64,000 nucleotides of DNA from Candidatus Eiseniibacteriota bacterium (GTDB taxonomy: Bacteria; Eisenbacteria; RBG-16-71-46; CAIMUX01; VGJL01): NCBI GenBank assembly GCA_963792585.1, contig CAWBWI010000002.1:96001-160000 (forward strand). Direction: 5' to 3'. Below the pieces are notes generated by a model. The model did not search any database, was not told where the DNA came from, and was given only the letters and a program-made list of their open reading frames with translations. Position 1 is the first letter of the stretch. Every line of letters starts with the position of its first letter. This document shows, in pieces, positions 59,853 to 64,000 of the stretch. Made by a program: the position numbers and the translations under genes.

Positions 59853-60938
59853 TCAATGGTCAGGGATTCGAGAACGTGGCTGCAGCCCCGAAGCGGATGT
59901 GCCGTCAAGACCGGCAACGAGTTCAGACTCGAACAGCGAGCCGTGGACATAAAGGTGGGTCAATCGCAGGGAGAGGGGTCCCCCGCAACGCGAGCAATGG
60001 GTTTCCGTTCCGCGCACATAGGTTTTGCACTTCGGGCTTCGGCATTTTCGAAAGGAGATGGTGGTATAAGCCGGCGGCCAGATCAACCGGACATTGTCGA
60101 CTATGTACGACCGGCTTCCGGGAGCGGTCCGCCCGCAGGATCTGCAAGAACCAACAGTGTCGTACTCGGTTCTCGTCGAGCAGCCGGCACACTCACGGTA
60201 GGCGACGCGGGCGATCGAGAGCAGACCATCGTCCTCCAGGACGGGGTAGAGGATGCCGTTGCGAAACCGGTTTACCTGGAGATTCCCCTTGATCGTGCCA
60301 AAACCGTCGATAGCCCGGAGTAGCCACCCATAGAGGCTTCCCATCATTGGGTTCCAGTTATGGATCGACTGAAGTTGGTGATAGACGCGGGTCGACGTGG
60401 GGCGTATCCCCACGAACACCCCCACGGCGTAGTCGCTCAACATCTCGACATCGAGGTGGCTCGGTAGCCGGAACCCGTGAACATCCGTGGCAAGTCGCCG
60501 GCACACCCTGCGAACATGCCTGTTGGCAAGGTTGACCAACTCCCGTACCGCACCCGACCAGTGTCGATTGTCCCATGGGGGTTGGTCGACGTTTTGGACA
60601 TTTCGCCTCCAACCGCATCCATATGCCAGGACGATCTGGGTCTCCAACTCATCCGGTTTCAATGGGGTGGAACGGGTCGCGTTGAGGATCCGCTCGACCC
60701 GGTTGTCCAGTTCGTGATGGAGAATTCGAGGAGGCGGGCCCCCTCCGATCGGCTTCAGTAGTGACATGAGTGCGGCCACCCTGAGGGAGGGGGGCGGAAT
60801 TTCAGGAAACTGCTTCGAGAGCACGGGATGGACGAAGCGGGTCGCGTGGGCGTGAAGTTCCCCGTTCCCTCGGGGATTCTCACGCAGGATCATGTCGACG
60901 GCGGCGTTGATTTCGAGACACTGCGATTGGGTGAGCAT
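59853..60938 (-). CDS. Hypothetical protein with C-terminal double zinc ribbon
   Basis: CAGC, CRSC, CRSPKC and CSRC pairs. Start uncertain (frame open to 61538). Confidence 0.55.
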   Translation of the reverse strand: MLTQSQCLEINAAVDMILRENPRGNGELHAHATRFVHPVLSKQFPEIPPPSLRVAALMSLLKPIGGGPPPRILHHELDNRVERILNATRSTPLKPDELETQIVLAYGCGWRRNVQNVDQPPWDNRHWSGAVRELVNLANRHVRRVCRRLATDVHGFRLPSHLDVEMLSDYAVGVFVGIRPTSTRVYHQLQSIHNWNPMMGSLYGWLLRAIDGFGTIKGNLQVNRFRNGILYPVLEDDGLLSIARVAYRECAGCSTRTEYDTVGSCRSCGRTAPGSRSYIVDNVRLIWPPAYTTISFRKCRSPKCKTYVRGTETHCSRCGGPLSLRLTHLYVHGSLFESELVAGLDGTSASGLQPRSRIPDH

Positions 60939-61219
60939 TGGATTCAGCTCGGGCCGGCAGTTCACTGGTCCACTCCCCAAGGGTCTCTCAGCTTCTCGGC
61001 TTGGCCCCACAGCGACCTCAGCAGGTTGAGTGAGGTTTCCGTGGGCACTTCGACACCGTCTTGCCGAAGCACCATTTGGACTCATAGCCAACGGAGAGTC
61101 GAGTGGTGGGTTCGCTCGAGCTGGCGCTTGGTTCCTGCCCATCGCATTCGGCGTGTTCACAGGAGCCCAGCTTCGAAAGGACCGGAAGAGGATGGTCCCT
61201 TTGGTTTCGTTCTCCCCAC

Positions 61220-61420
61220 CTAGAATAGCCCCTTCCAGGCCATGACCATCAAACCCAGGAGAAGGTATGTGCCGATGATAGTGACCATGGCTATCCGCTG
61301 GGCCGAGTTTATCGCGCGAGGCGGCTTGATTCCCGAGACCAAAATGGTGACAATCAGCGCGACAGAGAAAAGAATGACGGTGAGCAGGTTGGTGAGAATT
61401 AGCGAGAAGAACCCGAACAT
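61220..61420 (-). CDS. Small two-TM protein
   Basis: RBS AAGGAGG and two hydrophobic segments. Confidence 0.5.
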   Translation of the reverse strand: MFGFFSLILTNLLTVILFSVALIVTILVSGIKPPRAINSAQRIAMVTIIGTYLLLGLMVMAWKGLF

Positions 61421-62127
61421 GAGAGCGTCCTCCTTGTCGGTTTCCCAGGGTTCCATTCTGGGGGACCCGAGCGCGGAAGACGTTGGCGAGGAGTCGGGTC
61501 CCACGGAGCGCATCGCGACGTAAATGATACAGCATCATTCGTGGTTTTGGAACGAGAATACTATCGATAGCCAGTTGAGCGGATGCTTTGGCGGTTGGTG
61601 GTCATGTGATGTGCTAGCACCAAACCACAACATGAACCCAGTGCTGCCTGTGAGTGGAGCTTCTGGCGCTTTAGCAACTGCGGCAGTTGGAAATCTCAGC
61701 GAATGCCAACTGCTGGGCATTGTTCAGACTCAACCAGTTTCAGACGTTCGGGACACTAGGATAGAATCGATGGCTAGCTATTCAAGTGCAGCAACCCTTC
61801 GGTACAGCCAATCGTCTTGGGTATTCGAGAATCTTGAGGGTCTTCGCGATTAGCTGAGTTTGATGGTCACCTGAAGTCACTATAAACATAGTGAGGGGTG
61901 CATCCGGTCCCACGGAGCGTATCGCAACAATCCCAAGACTGGATGAACCCCCCTTCAATTTGCTGCTTCGGTGTGCATTGAACATGGATCCGTCCATTTT
62001 GGTAGTTGGGGCTTTGAGAATCATAAACACGTCAATTTCAGCGCATTTGCTGCGTGCTCTCACTCTTTAGCAGTACAGATGACCAGTTGGTGATCCTCTT
62101 CCCACAGGGAGAGGGCGCCGAACCTGG

Positions 62128-62528
62128 TCATCCGGGTGCTCCGAACAGCCGGTCCCAGTAGACCGCCTTGACGTAGGTCCCTCGGCGGTTGGCGAAGACA
62201 TAGAGCGTTCCCGACAGCGGGTCCTCGGACAGGACGTTCTTCACAAAGCCCAGGAGGCCTTCCAAGGACTTCCTCATGTCGACGGGCTGGCGATAGGCGA
62301 GGATCTTCGAAACCTCTCGCGCCAGGACCACGCATCAACCCTGGAATCGGAGCTGGACGCCGTTGGAGAGCGTGATCTCCAGCGTCCACGACGGTGTCCC
62401 GATCATCGATGGCGCTTCTGGCGTCACGGGTACGAATTGCGCCTGCGCCGACCCAACACCGAGTCTTTCCTGCCAGCGCTGAAAGCTCGTGGGCCGCAGG
62501 TCCTCTTTCTTGCAGAACTCCACGGGAC
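62128..62528 (-). pseudogene. IS66 tnpA/tnpB remnants
   Basis: FVPV..LEITL.NG..LR (TnpA); PVDMRKS.EGL..DPLSG.LYVF.NRR..K..YWD (TnpB). Confidence 0.85.
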
Positions 62529-62645
62529 TGGGTATTCCGGACCATTTCGAACGCCGATTCCGGGCGAAGCCGAACACCGATTCCGGAGCAAGGTGAACAG
62601 CGATTCCGGGCATCCCGAACGCTGATTCGGCCATTCCGAACACCC
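62529..62645 (+). mobile_element. IS21-type terminal repeat array interrupting IS66 tnpA
   Basis: TGGGTATTCCGG start followed by repeated GAAC(A/G)xxGATTC units. Confidence 0.7.
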
Positions 62646-62744
62646 ATTGATAGCGCTCGCCAACTCGGGATCCTCCTGTCCAAGTCTGACGCGCCGCAGG
62701 AACTGCAGCAGGACACAGATATAGGTCGAGAAATAGGTCCGCGC

Positions 62745-62835
62745 TACTCGATCGCAGGCTGGTCTCGCTCGTCCGGTCGGCAAACAGATCCAGCTGTTGC
62801 TCCTTGATCCGGTTCTCCATCTCTTCGAGGGCGCA
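62745..62835 (-). pseudogene. IS1380-family transposase fragment
   Basis: MENRIKEQQLDLFADRTS. Confidence 0.7.
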
Positions 62836-63034
62836 TGAGATGTCTTTTGAGGGAGCGGACTCGAGGGGTCACCAACATGCCCACGACGCATGCCCGGTTG
62901 TGTCGGGCAGGGCTTACCCGCTACTTTTCCATGTGGACGGAGCTACTAGGAGAGCCGCCAGGGAAGTAGTGATGGCTCCTTTCGCCTTGCGATTGAGCGA
63001 GATTTCCTGACCCGGACACGAGTGGAGGGGATCG

Positions 63035-63775
63035 GTGGGGACAATCGAAGAACGCTCGCCTTCGACGTGGCAAGAATTGCAGGTGGACGTCGCGCGGATC
63101 ATGCGAGAAGCCGGATTCGAGACTCAGGTTGAGTCCAGCGTACACACGGCGCGCGGTAGGGCTACCATCGATGTAGTCGCCGTTGACCGCGACGGAGCAC
63201 CTGTCACGACTTTCTTCTTCGAATGCAAGCACTGGCGACGCCGAGTGCCTAGATCGGTAGTCCGCAGTTTCCGAGTCGTGGTCGAGGACTATGGTGCGAA
63301 CGGCGGATGGATCATCGCACTCTCCGGGAGTCAGCGTGGAGCACGTGAAGCCACGAACTGCACGAGTATCAAGTGCCTGACCTACGAGGAGTTCCAGGAT
63401 CTCTTCGCAGTCCGCTGGTACCGTCGCTACTTCGTGCCCCAGCTGGAGGCTGCTCACGATCACATCGCTGCCCTGTCATTCGGGATTTCTGAGCGACCAG
63501 TCGCCGCAGCCCCCGATGGGCTAATGCCCTTGGATAATCGTTACCGCGGACTGGAATTGGTACGGGTGGAATGCTCGCGGGAGCCCGGGGCCGGTGACGA
63601 CAGCACGATCTCAAACTGCCGGGAGAGATTAGCCAACCTTCCGCTGGACGAGAAGAGCCAGCGGCTCTTCCGGGACGCACCTTTGCGGACTATCCTGAGA
63701 TTACTACTGCAAACAGCCGATCTTGCCGAAGCCGAGTATCAATCAATCTATCGTGGGCGGCCGAGGTCGGAGTGA
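63035..63775 (+). CDS. Mrr_cat-like restriction endonuclease
   Basis: WQELQ..VA.I...GF, IDVVA..FECKHW, SGSQRGA. Confidence 0.8.
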   Translation: MGTIEERSPSTWQELQVDVARIMREAGFETQVESSVHTARGRATIDVVAVDRDGAPVTTFFFECKHWRRRVPRSVVRSFRVVVEDYGANGGWIIALSGSQRGAREATNCTSIKCLTYEEFQDLFAVRWYRRYFVPQLEAAHDHIAALSFGISERPVAAAPDGLMPLDNRYRGLELVRVECSREPGAGDDSTISNCRERLANLPLDEKSQRLFRDAPLRTILRLLLQTADLAEAEYQSIYRGRPRSE

Positions 63776-64000
63776 TCTGCGAGCAGACCGTGACTGGGCC
63801 ACGGAGGAACGGCGTGTCCATAGATCGCGTCTTCGACGATCTCAAACGATTGCTTGGTAGGATGGCTGGTTATGAACGCCGGGACCCGGTGGTCGCCCCG
63901 CTATCTGATCGCGGGCAGGATCGATTGCTCGCCCGAAGCCCACCGCACCCTTGTGCGACAGCCGTTAGTGGCCGACCTGCGACCCCCCCGGCTCCTCGAC

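Noticed and set aside
62529..62645. Second periodic repeat array as CRISPR, or as the partner end of the 56.9 kb IS21
   Set aside because: IS21-type end with a different unit sequence and in the same orientation as the first.

Overview
High-GC bacterial accessory DNA with no housekeeping operons, rRNA, tRNA or CRISPR array detected by eye. Positions ~1-41.3 kb look like one integrative, probably mobilisable element. Its backbone is: large serine recombinase, XRE repressor, two paralogous wHTH initiator-like genes, two RuvC-like genes, a putative ssDNA-annealing protein, a RecB-like nuclease, RadC, DUF932, and at the far left a VirD4-like coupling protein with a replication-relaxation protein. 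The backbone carries defence cargo: SPARTA (TIR-APAZ + short pAgo), an Mrr-like nuclease, Sir2-HerA plus KTSC, AlbA_2, SIR2-TPR and a type IIG/ISP-like R-M enzyme. The most unusual unit is an E2-JAB-E1 ubiquitin-like conjugation operon. It has no recognisable beta-grasp ubiquitin, its E1 lacks the usual crossover-loop Cys, and it is coupled to the VirD4/relaxase genes. At two cargo hotspots, diverged copies of the 3' end of the adjacent backbone gene flank the cargo, suggesting recombination-driven cassette capture. Positions 41.8-52 kb hold a Liv-type ABC operon with an embedded methyltransferase and B12-radical SAM enzyme, followed by a GGDEF gene. Positions 52-64 kb hold an orphan KH gene, TPR-CHAT with an EACC1-like partner, nested IS21/IS3/IS66/IS1380 remnants and a restriction endonuclease. 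Many small indels (assembly error or decay) split genes. All family calls come from motif recognition, not database searches.
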